Below are positions 41,514 through 52,272 of a stretch of DNA of 64,000 nt, piece by piece (position 1 is the first letter of the stretch; each line of letters begins with the position of its first letter). Source of the DNA: a virus; IMG/VR virus record IMGVR_UViG_3300043470_000217, positions 32,001 to 96,000 of that record; one strand, given 5' to 3'. Both the position numbers and the translations under genes were made by a program. The notes under the pieces are model-generated. The model worked only from the letters and a program-made list of their open reading frames with translations. It was not told the origin of the DNA and searched no databases.

Positions 41514-41897
41514 CTATCCCCTATTGTTTTGTGATTGTCTTTGTGTTTTCCAGTATTCCATGATACCATTTAGTTCTGGCATAAATGGGATATCCCCGGA
41601 TTCTTTTATGTAATAAGCAGACATATTCTTATATACATATGTATCTTCAAAGAAATGCTTAATAGTGTAGTGTTTTCTAAACACAAACTCTTTAAACATC
41701 CAAAATCTAAATTCACCAAAGGCTTGTATATAGTACTCACAGTATGAGTCTTTAACTAAACCCTTTCTTTTGTAATACTGGAACTTCTTAATGTATAAGT
41801 CCCGCATTCTGTTAAACTTGTAAATAACTGTAGCGATGTGGTGTAGTCCTAACAACATAATAGGTGCTAGGATGATTAATGTAAGTCTTGTTTTCAT
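41514..41897 (-). CDS. Hypothetical membrane-anchored protein
   Basis: N-terminal hydrophobic helix. Confidence 0.5.
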   Translation of the reverse strand: MKTRLTLIILAPIMLLGLHHIATVIYKFNRMRDLYIKKFQYYKRKGLVKDSYCEYYIQAFGEFRFWMFKEFVFRKHYTIKHFFEDTYVYKNMSAYYIKESGDIPFMPELNGIMEYWKTQRQSQNNRG

Positions 41898-41917
41898 AGT
41901 TAGTTTTTTAAAGTGTT

Positions 41918-42100
41918 CTAGGAGTCATCGTCCATGTCATAGTATTCACTACTATCTTCTATTATACCATATATTCTTTCCTGTTTGGTATAATACTTCT
42001 CACGGTAATAAGGTGAAGCCTTACACCTATCACAGAAAACTTCCTGATCCGGTATAAGGGCCTCACACACATTACATTTATTATCTGTCATTGATATCAT
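41918..42100 (-). CDS. Small zinc-ribbon protein
   Basis: CNVC...CDRC. Confidence 0.45.
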   Translation of the reverse strand: MISMTDNKCNVCEALIPDQEVFCDRCKASPYYREKYYTKQERIYGIIEDSSEYYDMDDDS

Positions 42101-42281
42101 TACGTTTTACTTTAGCTCTGTTATATAATCTAGCAAAGGCTCTATAGTTGATCCCCATTTTAAGACCTGCTCTACCATAAGAGTATCCTAACTCTTCTTT
42201 AAGTATTAGAGCAGCATATTGTTTAGCTGTGAATCCTTTTAAATCTAGTTTGAGAGGGGTGCTTTGATCGTTGGGTGACAT
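42081..42281 (-). CDS. Small HTH protein
   Basis: LGYSYGRAGLKMGINYRAFARLY, sigma-region-4-like HTH. Confidence 0.5.
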   Translation of the reverse strand: MSPNDQSTPLKLDLKGFTAKQYAALILKEELGYSYGRAGLKMGINYRAFARLYNRAKVKRNDINDR

Positions 42282-43285
42282 GTGTAGTTTTCTAAAATAA
42301 AGTCAGTGTTTTCTAAGTGTGCATAAAGTGATTGATCTTCTGATAGTGACTTATAAAAGCTATCATCTTTAAGATGCTTTAATGTAGGCAACTCATAAGA
42401 CTCTCTTTCTATTTGTTCTTTAGCTTGTTCAATATGGTTTAAATACAAATGAGTATCACCTAAGTTACCGATTAGTTCATCAGGAATCATATTAACTTCT
42501 TTAGCAATGATAGTCAAAAGAAGAGCATAGGAAGCAATATTAAAGGGCAAACCCAAGAATGTATCTACAGATCTCTGATTCCACATTAAAGAGATTGCTC
42601 TACTTGGAATATTAAACTTCTCAAAAGCATCTAGATCAAACTGTGGTTGATTACTAAAATACTTATAGGTGTATAGTTTTTTCTCTTCATAGCTGAGCTC
42701 TCTGGTATATACTTGAAATCCATAATGACAAGGAGGAAGTACCATTCTATCTATTTCACCTACATTCCAGGCATTAACCATTAATCTTCTAGAGTCTGGA
42801 TTAGTTTTAAGATCTTGAATTAATGTTTCAATCTGATCTATATTACCAAAACCATACTTGTCTTCTAATGAACCTGCACCCCAACCTCTCCATTGCTTAC
42901 CGTAAATAGGACCTAACTCACCCCACTTATCTTCCCATTCTTTATCTGTTTTAATTTTATTGATAAAATCTTCTTTACTATATGGAATCTTCACTTCAGG
43001 ACTATTAACATACCTCTTATAAGCATCTCCATCCCAAATATGACAGTTATTTTCAACTAAATACTTAATATTTGTATCACCCTTTAAAAACCATAATAAC
43101 TCAGTTACTATTGTCTTCCAAGGCATCTTCTTTGTAGTGAGTAAAGGAAATCCATCACTCATTTTATGTCTAATGGTATAGCCAAAGATTGACTTAGTGC
43201 CTGTTCCTGTTCTATCAGACTTCTCTACTCCGTAATCTAAGATAGATTGAAGTAGGATCTGATATTGTGTATCTATACTATTCAT
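42245..43285 (-). CDS. thyA: Thymidylate synthase
   Basis: DRTGTGT, ELLWFL, GPIYGKQWR, LPPCH, QRSVDTFLGLPFNIASY. Confidence 0.96.
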   Translation of the reverse strand: MNSIDTQYQILLQSILDYGVEKSDRTGTGTKSIFGYTIRHKMSDGFPLLTTKKMPWKTIVTELLWFLKGDTNIKYLVENNCHIWDGDAYKRYVNSPEVKIPYSKEDFINKIKTDKEWEDKWGELGPIYGKQWRGWGAGSLEDKYGFGNIDQIETLIQDLKTNPDSRRLMVNAWNVGEIDRMVLPPCHYGFQVYTRELSYEEKKLYTYKYFSNQPQFDLDAFEKFNIPSRAISLMWNQRSVDTFLGLPFNIASYALLLTIIAKEVNMIPDELIGNLGDTHLYLNHIEQAKEQIERESYELPTLKHLKDDSFYKSLSEDQSLYAHLENTDFILENYTCHPTIKAPLSN

Positions 43286-46200
43286 AAGTTATTTAAAAGA
43301 TAGATAAAGTCTCTTAACTGATCCCGTTCTTTAAATTTAATAGACTGATGGTTAAATATTGTTACATACCACCAGTTATCATCTGATACTTCATCATTTG
43401 CAGGAGATATCAAAGTTAATGGAGAATCACTACCAATATCTAATGTATAGTAATAAAAGCTTTCATTTTCTCCATACTCCTTTTTAAATCCTAAGTTAAT
43501 TATATCTTGTTCTTTCATATGTTAAAATCTGAGTATTTAAGTCCCCATTGTACATTAACCCACATCATCTCTTTCTCTGCTAATCCTTTATTCATCTTTA
43601 GTTCTTTTCTAAGATAATCTACACCCCACTTTTTCCATTCTTCTGCTTGTGCAGTAGTCATAGTCCAGTCAGTAAACCAATCATCTTTACGGTCTTTGAT
43701 GTCATCAAATGTAACATCATGACCTGCAATAACAAACATCTGATTGATGATGTCAATCAGTGCTTTCTCTCGTTTTTCTTCTCTACTTAATCTTTTTGCC
43801 ATAATTCATAAATGCTATTTTTAGTTGCAAACTTAATGTAGTTTTCTTTTTGTTCCAAGATCTCTGTAATAGAGGTTGTCAACCAAGTATACTGAAATGG
43901 ATGAGGATCTAAAATAAGTGATCTACCTACTGCAGGTTCTGTGTGTGCCTCTTTAAAAGAACCATCTTCACTCCAATCAATCCAACGTACTTGTTGACCT
44001 GCATTAGTTAAACCATCTCTTTCTCTTACTAATTTATATTTAGAGATATCTGTTAATTCTAAATTGTATTTAGGTTGTTCTATTTTACTCATAATTTTTC
44101 TATTTGTTGTTTAATTTCTTTATCAGCAATTAACCATTCATGTAATTTAGCATAAAGTAAAAGGGCTTCTGTATGTGATAGAATTTTCTTTGTTTCATTA
44201 AATTTACCACATCCGTAAATAGTGAATGTATCCTTTGTAAAAGACGTAGATAAATAAATTAATTCTTTAGGTTCTTCTTGTAAGGTCATAGTTTTTCTAT
44301 TTCTTGTTTTACTTCTACCCAAAACATTATCACGTGAACTCTCGCCAATGTGGAAATCATTGGCTCTTTTGGCATAGATGCTATTATTTCATCAACTGCT
44401 ATTAATGCACATTGTTTAGATATTTCAAATGTTAAATAAAATATTAAACTGCCTTCTTGAGATAATTCTTTAAACTTTAAAACTAATTCTTTTGCTTTTT
44501 CTTGTGGTGTCATACTCTAATCTTTAATTGATTTATATTTAAATAAGAACTTAAGACATCCTTTATAGATTAGCAATCTGCATATCCACTTGGGTAGCCA
44601 ACCAGCCATATACTCTTTTGTCTTAGTTAGTATGTATACTTTGTAGACTTCGTCTCTATTGTGGTGATCTTCACTCTCACTGAATTCAATAGTAGCCCAC
44701 TGACCTCTGGCCCTAAAGTAAAAATAATACCCTAAGAACCAGCCTTCTGCTTGTACTGGACAGTTACCTGCCGGTTTATATTTCCATTTGATCATTTTGT
44801 ATTTGTATTAATTCGTCTTTTACTTTATCCCAGTAGTTTATATTATCCATTACTCTAGTATTTTTTAAATCATGAATTGAATCAAACTCATAATTTTCAA
44901 TTATTTGTTTAACACATATTAAAGCACAAGTAATTGCTTCATTGTACCTTCTCTCACAACTTAGTAATCCTTCTTTATGGGACCCATTGTTAGGCAACTG
45001 ATAATAAAAGTCATTAATCAGCTGCCTAGCTGGTGTTGGGTTAATAATATCTTCTAGCATAGCTTACCTCCAGTTAATTTCGGTATAATTAGCTGCACCT
45101 GTATCCATAATACGATCCCATCTATACCAATTATACTGACTATTCTCATCCCATATTTTGTCTTTCACAAACTCCTCATGATATTCTTGTAGATTCTTTC
45201 TAATTCTATTAAACTTCTCTACATAGGTTATTGCAAGTTGTTCATCGTGTGTAACAAACACAAGGTTCTCATAGTAAGTATCGTAACTTCCTGTGGGATA
45301 ACTAACTAAGTACATTATTTGATTTTGCATGATTTACATTGGTCCATCACTTCACTCTTGACTAGTCTACACCATCCTTCTATACCTTCTTGATGCTGAT
45401 AGAAAGGGCAAGACTTAATCCAGTAAGGGAATAACTCCTTCTGTTTTGCGTTTTTCTTGTGATCTGGAATATAGCAGTAAGGGGTATTCTTAGGGATTTT
45501 CTTCTTTAGTTTTCTAGGAATTCTCATTTGTTATCTACTCCGTAGTTTTCATTGTAATAGTCTTCTCCATCATTATAACCTCTTCCAATGTCTCCATAAT
45601 CAAAAGCATCAATTAGGTTTTCTTTTTCTTCTTCTAAAGCTTGTTCAATTTCTCCATTATATTTTGCTCTATCTGTAATGGATAACTTATTTGCTAGTTT
45701 CTGTACTGCTGTTTGTTTATAGTTTGTCATCTTCTTGTATCCCTTTCTTTAGTTCTTGTTGAATTTTAAATATGTAGTCTCTATATAGCATGTATGCATG
45801 GCGTACTTGTTGTCCACCTTTAACGTTATGCATATCTGAGACCATATCATTTAATAACCTACTTAACATGTCTAAATCTTCAAATACAATATCTAATGTA
45901 TTTTGAGAAATATTTACCGTTTTTATTTTTTTATCACTCATCTTTTTGTCTTTCTTTTTTAATTTGTCTATCAGCATAATGGTAAACTTCAAAGAAATAC
46001 ATTCTTTCTTCTCCGCTTAGTTCTAATAACCTATTCCCAATAGATCTAATTTCAGTACAGTGTTCATTATCATCATAAGTAATTATAGCAATAACATAGC
46101 AACCTTCCGGGTTTTTAAAGCATGAACTATCTATATAGTGATGATCTTTAGCTAAACTAAATTTTCCATCTTCAGATGATATACGTTTATATCCCTCTTC

Positions 46201-46305
46201 CTCTAGTTTAGCTTCTGCACCATAGTAACTATTAGGATACCATTTAACAAACTCATAGGTATCATGAATAAATCTACACTCTATGTTTTCTATTCTTATT
46301 TTCAT
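43282..46305 (-). CDS. Cluster of about 12 small hypothetical ORFs (43282-43518, 43515-43802, 43787-44092, 44089-44289, 44286-44513, 44517-44795, 44776-45060, 45064-45330, 45315-45527, 45524-45730, 45717-45941, 45934-46305)
   Basis: Head-to-tail minus-strand ORFs, mostly with overlapping start/stop codons. Confidence 0.6.
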
Positions 46306-46919
46306 GGTTTTTTGTTTTCTAGTTTCTCTAATTGTTTTTCTAATCTATCAATACTACCCCAGATAATACTTGCTTTAGCATCTAGTTTTAAGATTTCAGC
46401 TACTATTTCTTCTTGTCTACCCCTACTGTAAAACCCGTTTTCTATATCATCAGCTAAGTCTTGTAAGTGTTTAGGTGCTGAAATACTAATCCTTAAGTCA
46501 TAACTACTCCATTTAGTCTTGTAGTCCCAGAATATAATACCTTTGGTTAAGTTTCTAAATAGATTATGTAGTCTTCTGTTTCTTACTCTTACAATAGAGT
46601 TATCACAACCAAACAAATGTAAAAAGCGTAGAAACCATCTAGGGCACCATTTAGGCTTAGCTTCATAGTCCATAGCTAAAACTAACGGGTAAATAGCCTT
46701 AAAACAATCTCCGTCTTCATTGTAAGGAATAGTACCTAAGTAAGAATACTTATCATAGAAACCTTTAGGGAAGAATATAGGTCTAATTTCTCTCCAGCCT
46801 ATATGCATAGTATTAACCATACCTTTCTTACGTCCTCTCCAAAACAGTAAGCCTGCTAAGAAGAAGGTTACTTTCTCCTTAACAGGTCTTTTGTCTTTTA
46901 TTTCAAATTTGGTTCTCAT
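46302..46919 (-). CDS. Hypothetical protein
   Basis: AKPKWCPRWFLRFLHLFG; KTKWSSYDLRI. Confidence 0.55.
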   Translation of the reverse strand: MRTKFEIKDKRPVKEKVTFFLAGLLFWRGRKKGMVNTMHIGWREIRPIFFPKGFYDKYSYLGTIPYNEDGDCFKAIYPLVLAMDYEAKPKWCPRWFLRFLHLFGCDNSIVRVRNRRLHNLFRNLTKGIIFWDYKTKWSSYDLRISISAPKHLQDLADDIENGFYSRGRQEEIVAEILKLDAKASIIWGSIDRLEKQLEKLENKKP

Positions 46920-47304
46920 TTTCTTTTACGATTTTAATCATTTCTCTAAGACAAGCAAGTTCGGCTTCTTCGTAGGTTCCAACTTTAGGGTCTTTATTAA
47001 ATTCTTCCATTGTTCTTTGTTTAGTATATTCTAAACCTGATAATGACATATCATATATGTGATAATCAAACATTTTAACATTTGGTCTGAATCCAATAAA
47101 TCCTCTTAAATTATACTTTTCTCTAAACCATCTAAATGCTTGTTGATAAAGTGGTGCTAAACATATTGTTCTACCATTTACCATATCATTTTCCCAAACT
47201 TTAAATAAGTTTTTGTTTTCATCAAATGATGATAAACAAGGTTCATCAAATCCTAATTCTTTTAAAGCTAATGCTTCTTCATAAGGTACAAATTCTTTGT
47301 TCAT
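46903..47304 (-). CDS. Hypothetical protein, paralog of 47318-47665
   Basis: EALALKELGFDEPC...APLYQQAFRWFR...TYEEAELACL. Confidence 0.65.
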   Translation of the reverse strand: MNKEFVPYEEALALKELGFDEPCLSSFDENKNLFKVWENDMVNGRTICLAPLYQQAFRWFREKYNLRGFIGFRPNVKMFDYHIYDMSLSGLEYTKQRTMEEFNKDPKVGTYEEAELACLREMIKIVKENENQI

Positions 47305-47317
47305 CTCCGTTTTTTGT

Positions 47318-47665
47318 TTATTGTTTTTCTTTTACTATTTCAATTAATTTTTTAAGGCAAGCAAGTTCCGCTTCTTCGTAGGTGAAGAATCCATCAGTAA
47401 CACCTTCAACCCCTTGTATTTTAAACCCCCACTTATACTTGTTGGAAGGTAAAAGTTGTGAAAATATTTCCGCTACCTTACCATTATCTCTAAAGAATCT
47501 GAATGACTGGGAGTAGGTTGGTGCTAAAACAGTATATTCTCCGTGATTAATGTATTCACATATATCTAATCTTCTACCTGCGTGATAATAAGAAGCCAAA
47601 CAAGGTTCAGCAAATCCAAGTTGTTTTAGCTCTAATGCTTCTGGATATAGTGTAAAGTCTTTCAT
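47318..47665 (-). CDS. Hypothetical protein, paralog of 46903-47304
   Basis: EALELKQLGFAEPC...APTYSQSFRFFR...TYEEAELACL. Confidence 0.65.
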   Translation of the reverse strand: MKDFTLYPEALELKQLGFAEPCLASYYHAGRRLDICEYINHGEYTVLAPTYSQSFRFFRDNGKVAEIFSQLLPSNKYKWGFKIQGVEGVTDGFFTYEEAELACLKKLIEIVKEKQ

Positions 47666-47919
47666 TTCTTAATATTTTTATAAATGTAGGTAGTATCACA
47701 CTTACCGTCTGTACACACAATTTCAATAGAAGGTTTGATGGGCTTATCTGATTTTATACCAGCTTGTTTTATTCCTAACATACCTGCTACTACACTTACA
47801 GCCATGAGTGCAAATAATAACAAATGGAACAAGTCACTACGCTCATCACGTTCATCATTGTCAATCTTGTTTAATCCAAGTATAATAACAGCAGCTAAGA
47901 TTCCAAGTATCCACATCAT
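47662..47919 (-). CDS. Small membrane protein
   Basis: Two hydrophobic helices; CTDGKCDTTYIY. Confidence 0.5.
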   Translation of the reverse strand: MMWILGILAAVIILGLNKIDNDERDERSDLFHLLLFALMAVSVVAGMLGIKQAGIKSDKPIKPSIEIVCTDGKCDTTYIYKNIKK

Positions 47920-48185
47920 TGCTCACTTCCTCCGTAGGTTTCGTTGTAGTATTGTTCACCAGTTAGTGGTAGTGTACTTTCAGGATAATCAATTCCATGA
48001 ACTGTTCCTTTATTGTATGCAGTTTCAATTCTTTCCTTTTCCATTTCTTTGGCTTGTTCATATAAAGTAGCATAAGTGTTTGCATATTCACCTATTGATA
48101 TTTCACCCTTTTCTAATTGAATTTTTAAATCCCAAGTTTTTTGGTGAAACCACTCCACTGCCGTTTGTTGTTTATTGTTTGTCAT
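47916..48185 (-). CDS. Hypothetical protein, paralog of 45524-45730
   Basis: QQTAVEW...AKEMEKE...GEQYYNETYG. Confidence 0.55.
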   Translation of the reverse strand: MTNNKQQTAVEWFHQKTWDLKIQLEKGEISIGEYANTYATLYEQAKEMEKERIETAYNKGTVHGIDYPESTLPLTGEQYYNETYGGSEQ

Positions 48186-48250
48186 AAATTAAAGTTTACC
48201 TTGAGTCATATAGACGTGAGTGTCTATAGTCCATAAGAATTTAAATCTTT

Positions 48251-48505
48251 TCATAAAGCTTCTATCTTTTGTAGTAGCTCTGTTACCTCACCTTCTGTAA
48301 GGTGACCTAGTACATCATCTGTTATAGGTGTATCATAGGATATTAAACCGTCAAATAATACAGCCAGTTCATACAATCCATCTTTACCCCCGTAACTTCT
48401 ATCAGTCTTAATTACACTAGCCCCGTAACCATTATTAAAGGTTACCATAGCATGTATACCATCAGCATATGTAGATGGTACAAAAGTTAAATCATCAAAT
48501 GTCAT
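48251..48505 (-). CDS. Hypothetical protein
   Basis: FNNGYGASVI...GLYELAVL...YDTPITDDVLG. Confidence 0.6.
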   Translation of the reverse strand: MTFDDLTFVPSTYADGIHAMVTFNNGYGASVIKTDRSYGGKDGLYELAVLFDGLISYDTPITDDVLGHLTEGEVTELLQKIEAL

Positions 48506-48899
48506 TGTTTTTATATTCTTGTTTTAGTTTAAGTCCTAATTCTATAGCTTCTTCAGATGATAGCTTATCATGTATAAAATTGTGGCACATCCTGCATACT
48601 GCTTTCCATGTATTAGATTCTAGATAATATTTACTTCTATCTTTACCAGAATAAAGGTGATGTACATCTGTACTCATTACAGTACATCCAGGAAGTTTAG
48701 CTTGACATGTAGGATGTTTAGTTAAAAATTCTACACGCAGTATACTATACTCTTGATTCTCTACCATTTTCTTTTTGGAGATTTTAGGTAAAGACTTTGG
48801 TTTACTATGCTTGTTAGCACAGTTCTTACAATAGCCTTTACCTAATATCCTTTTCCAAAAGTTAGGTACAGTAATTCCACAGTCTTGACACTGCTTCAT
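48495..48899 (-). CDS. HNH-type nuclease with Zn fingers
   Basis: CQDC/CKNC; DVHH...N...CRMCHNFIH. Confidence 0.7.
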   Translation of the reverse strand: MKQCQDCGITVPNFWKRILGKGYCKNCANKHSKPKSLPKISKKKMVENQEYSILRVEFLTKHPTCQAKLPGCTVMSTDVHHLYSGKDRSKYYLESNTWKAVCRMCHNFIHDKLSSEEAIELGLKLKQEYKNNDI

Positions 48900-49216
48900 A
48901 TTAAATCATCTAGTCCTATATCAAATGCAGCTGATACATCATCATAAAGATCCGGATCAGCTTCTCTGATAAGCTCTACAACGGGGTAAAGAATATCATT
49001 TACCTGATTCAACATGATGTACATATCATGCTCTTTGAGCTTTTGTATGTTCTCATCTGTTAAGATCATTGATAGAGTTACAGAGCTACCCATAAAAGGT
49101 ACAGTAGAATTTATTTGTGCTTCCGCAATAAGTTCTTCAAGTTGTTCTAATTGGATTAGATTGTTTAAATAACAGAACACAATCTGTCTGTTGTCAAGGC
49201 CGTGGAATTTTGTCAT
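48896..49216 (-). CDS. Hypothetical protein
   Basis: Packed ORF. Confidence 0.5.
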   Translation of the reverse strand: MTKFHGLDNRQIVFCYLNNLIQLEQLEELIAEAQINSTVPFMGSSVTLSMILTDENIQKLKEHDMYIMLNQVNDILYPVVELIREADPDLYDDVSAAFDIGLDDLI

Positions 49217-49677
49217 GAGATTTGGTAGAAATTAACTGGTAAGATACCACTATCTATTAATTTGTCAATGATATCTTTTTTATTGATACCTAAGTCTTTA
49301 AATGATAGCGTACATACAAATTTAGGATCTGGTTCTGTATTTTCCCAAAAAGGATTTAAGAAAGGATGATCCTTAAAGAAATGTCCCAATAAACTATTAC
49401 TAAATTTAATCATCATCTCTTGTTTCCAGGAGTTTAGAATAAACTGAGTTTTTCTATGGGCTTTGATAACCCGTAGTTTTTTAGCTTCAGACATTTCAGT
49501 TAGCTCAGCTTCAGTGTACATGCTTAGACCAAAGATGGCTCTCTTGTACAAGAAGTTCTGATTAGGATTAAAGGGGTCTTTATCATAAACTTGATAAGAC
49601 TTACCATTAAAGTTCTTTGTGTTTGCTTGGTAGGTAGATAGCTTTCCGCTATACATAACCCTGTTTTCTTTTGTCAT
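49213..49677 (-). CDS. Hypothetical protein
   Basis: Start refined to MTKENR after an A-rich leader. Confidence 0.55.
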   Translation of the reverse strand: MTKENRVMYSGKLSTYQANTKNFNGKSYQVYDKDPFNPNQNFLYKRAIFGLSMYTEAELTEMSEAKKLRVIKAHRKTQFILNSWKQEMMIKFSNSLLGHFFKDHPFLNPFWENTEPDPKFVCTLSFKDLGINKKDIIDKLIDSGILPVNFYQIS

Positions 49678-49759
49678 ATGTGGTTTTTTGATTAGAGTAA
49701 TGTGGTAAAAATAAAAGGGGGCTGTTACACCCCCAATCATCTATGAAAAAAACAAATTA

Positions 49760-50326
49760 TTAGAAATCAAATGCTACATCACTTGTTTCTTCTGAAACAG
49801 TTTCTATATCAAAGACATCATCACTTGTCTGTTCTACTTCCTCTTCTTTGATAGCTTGCTTAGCTTCTTTAACTATTTTAGTTACTTCAGCGTCTGCGGT
49901 GTTAGAATTAGCAGCACGGATCTCATCAATGTTAGTATGAGCAATTAACTCATCCTCTTCATTTTTTGATTCAGTGTAATAAGTCTTACGGTAGATTACT
50001 TGATCTTCAAACTTACAAGATACACCAGTATCACCAGCAAATTTGATATCACGATCAGGATCTTCAGCATTAAATGGTTCTAATGATTCTTTGATGATAA
50101 TTTGACCAGATAATTCATAACCATCTTTCAAGTTCATTTGCTTTGCCATCTCGCTTAACTCTTCAGTTACACCGGGAATAAAAGCAGTGCGTGCTTTCTT
50201 ACGCATCCAGCCTTTACTAAAAGAGAATGTAGATTGTTCTACACGGATACTTGCATACTCAGGATTGTTAGTAGACACACGGACTACGTTGCCGAACTCA
50301 TCAGCAACAACTTTAACTTTGTTCAT
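49760..50326 (-). CDS. Beta-rich protein with acidic tail (possible SSB-like)
   Basis: Acidic C-terminus ending AFDF; flanked by terminators. Confidence 0.5.
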   Translation of the reverse strand: MNKVKVVADEFGNVVRVSTNNPEYASIRVEQSTFSFSKGWMRKKARTAFIPGVTEELSEMAKQMNLKDGYELSGQIIIKESLEPFNAEDPDRDIKFAGDTGVSCKFEDQVIYRKTYYTESKNEEDELIAHTNIDEIRAANSNTADAEVTKIVKEAKQAIKEEEVEQTSDDVFDIETVSEETSDVAFDF

Positions 50327-50384
50327 AATATTTTTTAGGGTTTTTTAAATTTTAAATTGCATAAAAAAACCGGCTGTTAACCGG

Positions 50385-50636
50385 TTACATATCTGGAAGT
50401 AAATCTTCCGGGAGTATATCAGCTTCAAACTCTGAAGGATCTATCTCCTCTATCTCTAATTCTTCTATTTCTAGAATGGTAATTGTTGTATTATTAATTG
50501 ATGCTCCAAAAAACGGATCTTCAACTACATCCCCGGCATTAAGGCACATCAGGTATTGTAAATCATCATCTGTACAGTCTAAATACTGCTCTACAGATAA
50601 CTCTATTACTTTACCATTCCTTAATTGGTACAACAT
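50385..50636 (-). CDS. Small acidic protein
   Basis: ATG at 50636 just after TATATTTG (50643-50650). Confidence 0.55.
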   Translation of the reverse strand: MLYQLRNGKVIELSVEQYLDCTDDDLQYLMCLNAGDVVEDPFFGASINNTTITILEIEELEIEEIDPSEFEADILPEDLLPDM

Positions 50637-50707
50637 CTCATTCAAATATATGCTCTAGTTAAGTAAATTAACTATGGCATATAGAACTTATTTCTATTAT
50701 AAAGCTA

Positions 50708-51145
50708 TTACCAGGTAATTTTAATACCTCTTGGCAACATTTCAATATCAATAAGTAAAGCATTACCCTCTTCACCAATAACTAAACTAATAGGTTTATC
50801 AGCTTTGATGTTCTTGATTTTGTGAGTAACAGGCTTAATTAACTCAGGTTTAGCAGTAACAGCAACTACTTTATCTAATACTTCTACATTAGTACTAGTA
50901 ATAGTCTTTGCTTTGTGCCAAAATCCAGGTGATTTAGCTTCTACAATGTCCTTACACTTACGCATATAGCCTTTTTGACCATGTGTTAAGTGTTTTTTAG
51001 CATACTTCTTTACTGATTTTGTTGCAAATTTTACAACAACATCTTTGTCATACCCAGTAATGATCTGGATAGCATCTAATTCAAAACCATACTTCTGTAG
51101 GTTGTGAATTCTTTTTGAGATTAATTTGGTTTCTGTATTATTCAT
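50708..51145 (-). CDS. Hypothetical basic protein, N-terminal HTH-like
   Basis: GFELDAIQIITG. Confidence 0.45.
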   Translation of the reverse strand: MNNTETKLISKRIHNLQKYGFELDAIQIITGYDKDVVVKFATKSVKKYAKKHLTHGQKGYMRKCKDIVEAKSPGFWHKAKTITSTNVEVLDKVVAVTAKPELIKPVTHKIKNIKADKPISLVIGEEGNALLIDIEMLPRGIKITW

Positions 51146-51253
51146 GATAGTGATTTTTTATATATAATGGTAAGGTAGCTGTGTTAGAAAAAGGGCCAGG
51201 ATTTCTCCCAGCCCTTATAAACTAACTCTCTAATCAACTACCACATTGCGAGC

Positions 51254-51748
51254 TTATTTTGCGGCTCTAAGAGCACTTAGGTAGGAAGGATCAGATGCAT
51301 AAACGCCATCAATTTTACGTAGATACTTGTTCTGTATATCAATATAACATCTTACATTGTCTCTGTAAGTCTTATACTTTGCATATACACCATGTTTGCC
51401 ATCTACATACTTACACTTATGGTAAGTTAATCCAAACATGTTTTTTGCTTGCATACCAACATTACTTTTACCAATGCTAGATTCAATCTTAGCTTGGGCA
51501 ACAGCAACAGCCGGTAATACACAACCATACTTCACTAATTCTGCAGTTAATCCAGAATCAGTAAGCTTCATATCTTCCACAGTCTTTTCAATTGTAACTG
51601 TATCTTTAACAACAGATACAATCTCAGTACTTAAATCTAACATAGATGTAAATAACAAGATCACATTCAGTGATAAAGAAGCAATTAATAGTTTCTTGTA
51701 AGATCTGCTCTTACTTAAACTTAAATCATCATTTACTTTTAATATCAT
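51254..51748 (-). CDS. Membrane-anchored glucosaminidase (GH73-like)
   Basis: TM helix, then AVAQAKIES...NMFGL...YAKY...YASDPSY. Confidence 0.75.
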   Translation of the reverse strand: MILKVNDDLSLSKSRSYKKLLIASLSLNVILLFTSMLDLSTEIVSVVKDTVTIEKTVEDMKLTDSGLTAELVKYGCVLPAVAVAQAKIESSIGKSNVGMQAKNMFGLTYHKCKYVDGKHGVYAKYKTYRDNVRCYIDIQNKYLRKIDGVYASDPSYLSALRAAK

Positions 51749-51930
51749 AACTTTCTTTTTAAAAAAGGGAGTATCCGTATATACTCCCTATGTGTCAAAC
51801 TATGCTAAACTAATAGAACACCAATACTTATACGGAGTATTGGTATTTTACCATTGTAATTCTTTGTCCCTGCTTCACCATTAAACCAATAATAGTGCCA
51901 TTCTGGGATACTGTACCAATAATTTTACCT

Positions 51931-52272
51931 TCAATTACTGGTCTTGGGGTTACATAATCTGTTGTTTTTATCATAAAATAGGGTTTTATTAGGGTAATAT
52001 TTAACAATTTTCTCAATGTATCTATCATTTAAAATGTACTGTACATCATAGTCATCTGACTTCATAGTAATCATGAGCTTAAGATCTGATAGCTTCATAA
52101 CATATGCACTATCTACACCTTCTTCTTCTGCAATACTAATAACAGCAGCGCTATCATCAGTGGTTAGTCTATAACATAAAAATCCATTAAACCGGATTTT
52201 TACAGTCTGACTATACAAGTCATTACCAAGGAAGATCAATAGGAGCGTCAATAACTTCAACAGTTTGGTCAT
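51931..52272 (-). CDS. Hypothetical secreted protein
   Basis: Signal-peptide-like N-terminus. Confidence 0.45.
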   Translation of the reverse strand: MTKLLKLLTLLLIFLGNDLYSQTVKIRFNGFLCYRLTTDDSAAVISIAEEEGVDSAYVMKLSDLKLMITMKSDDYDVQYILNDRYIEKIVKYYPNKTLFYDKNNRLCNPKTSN

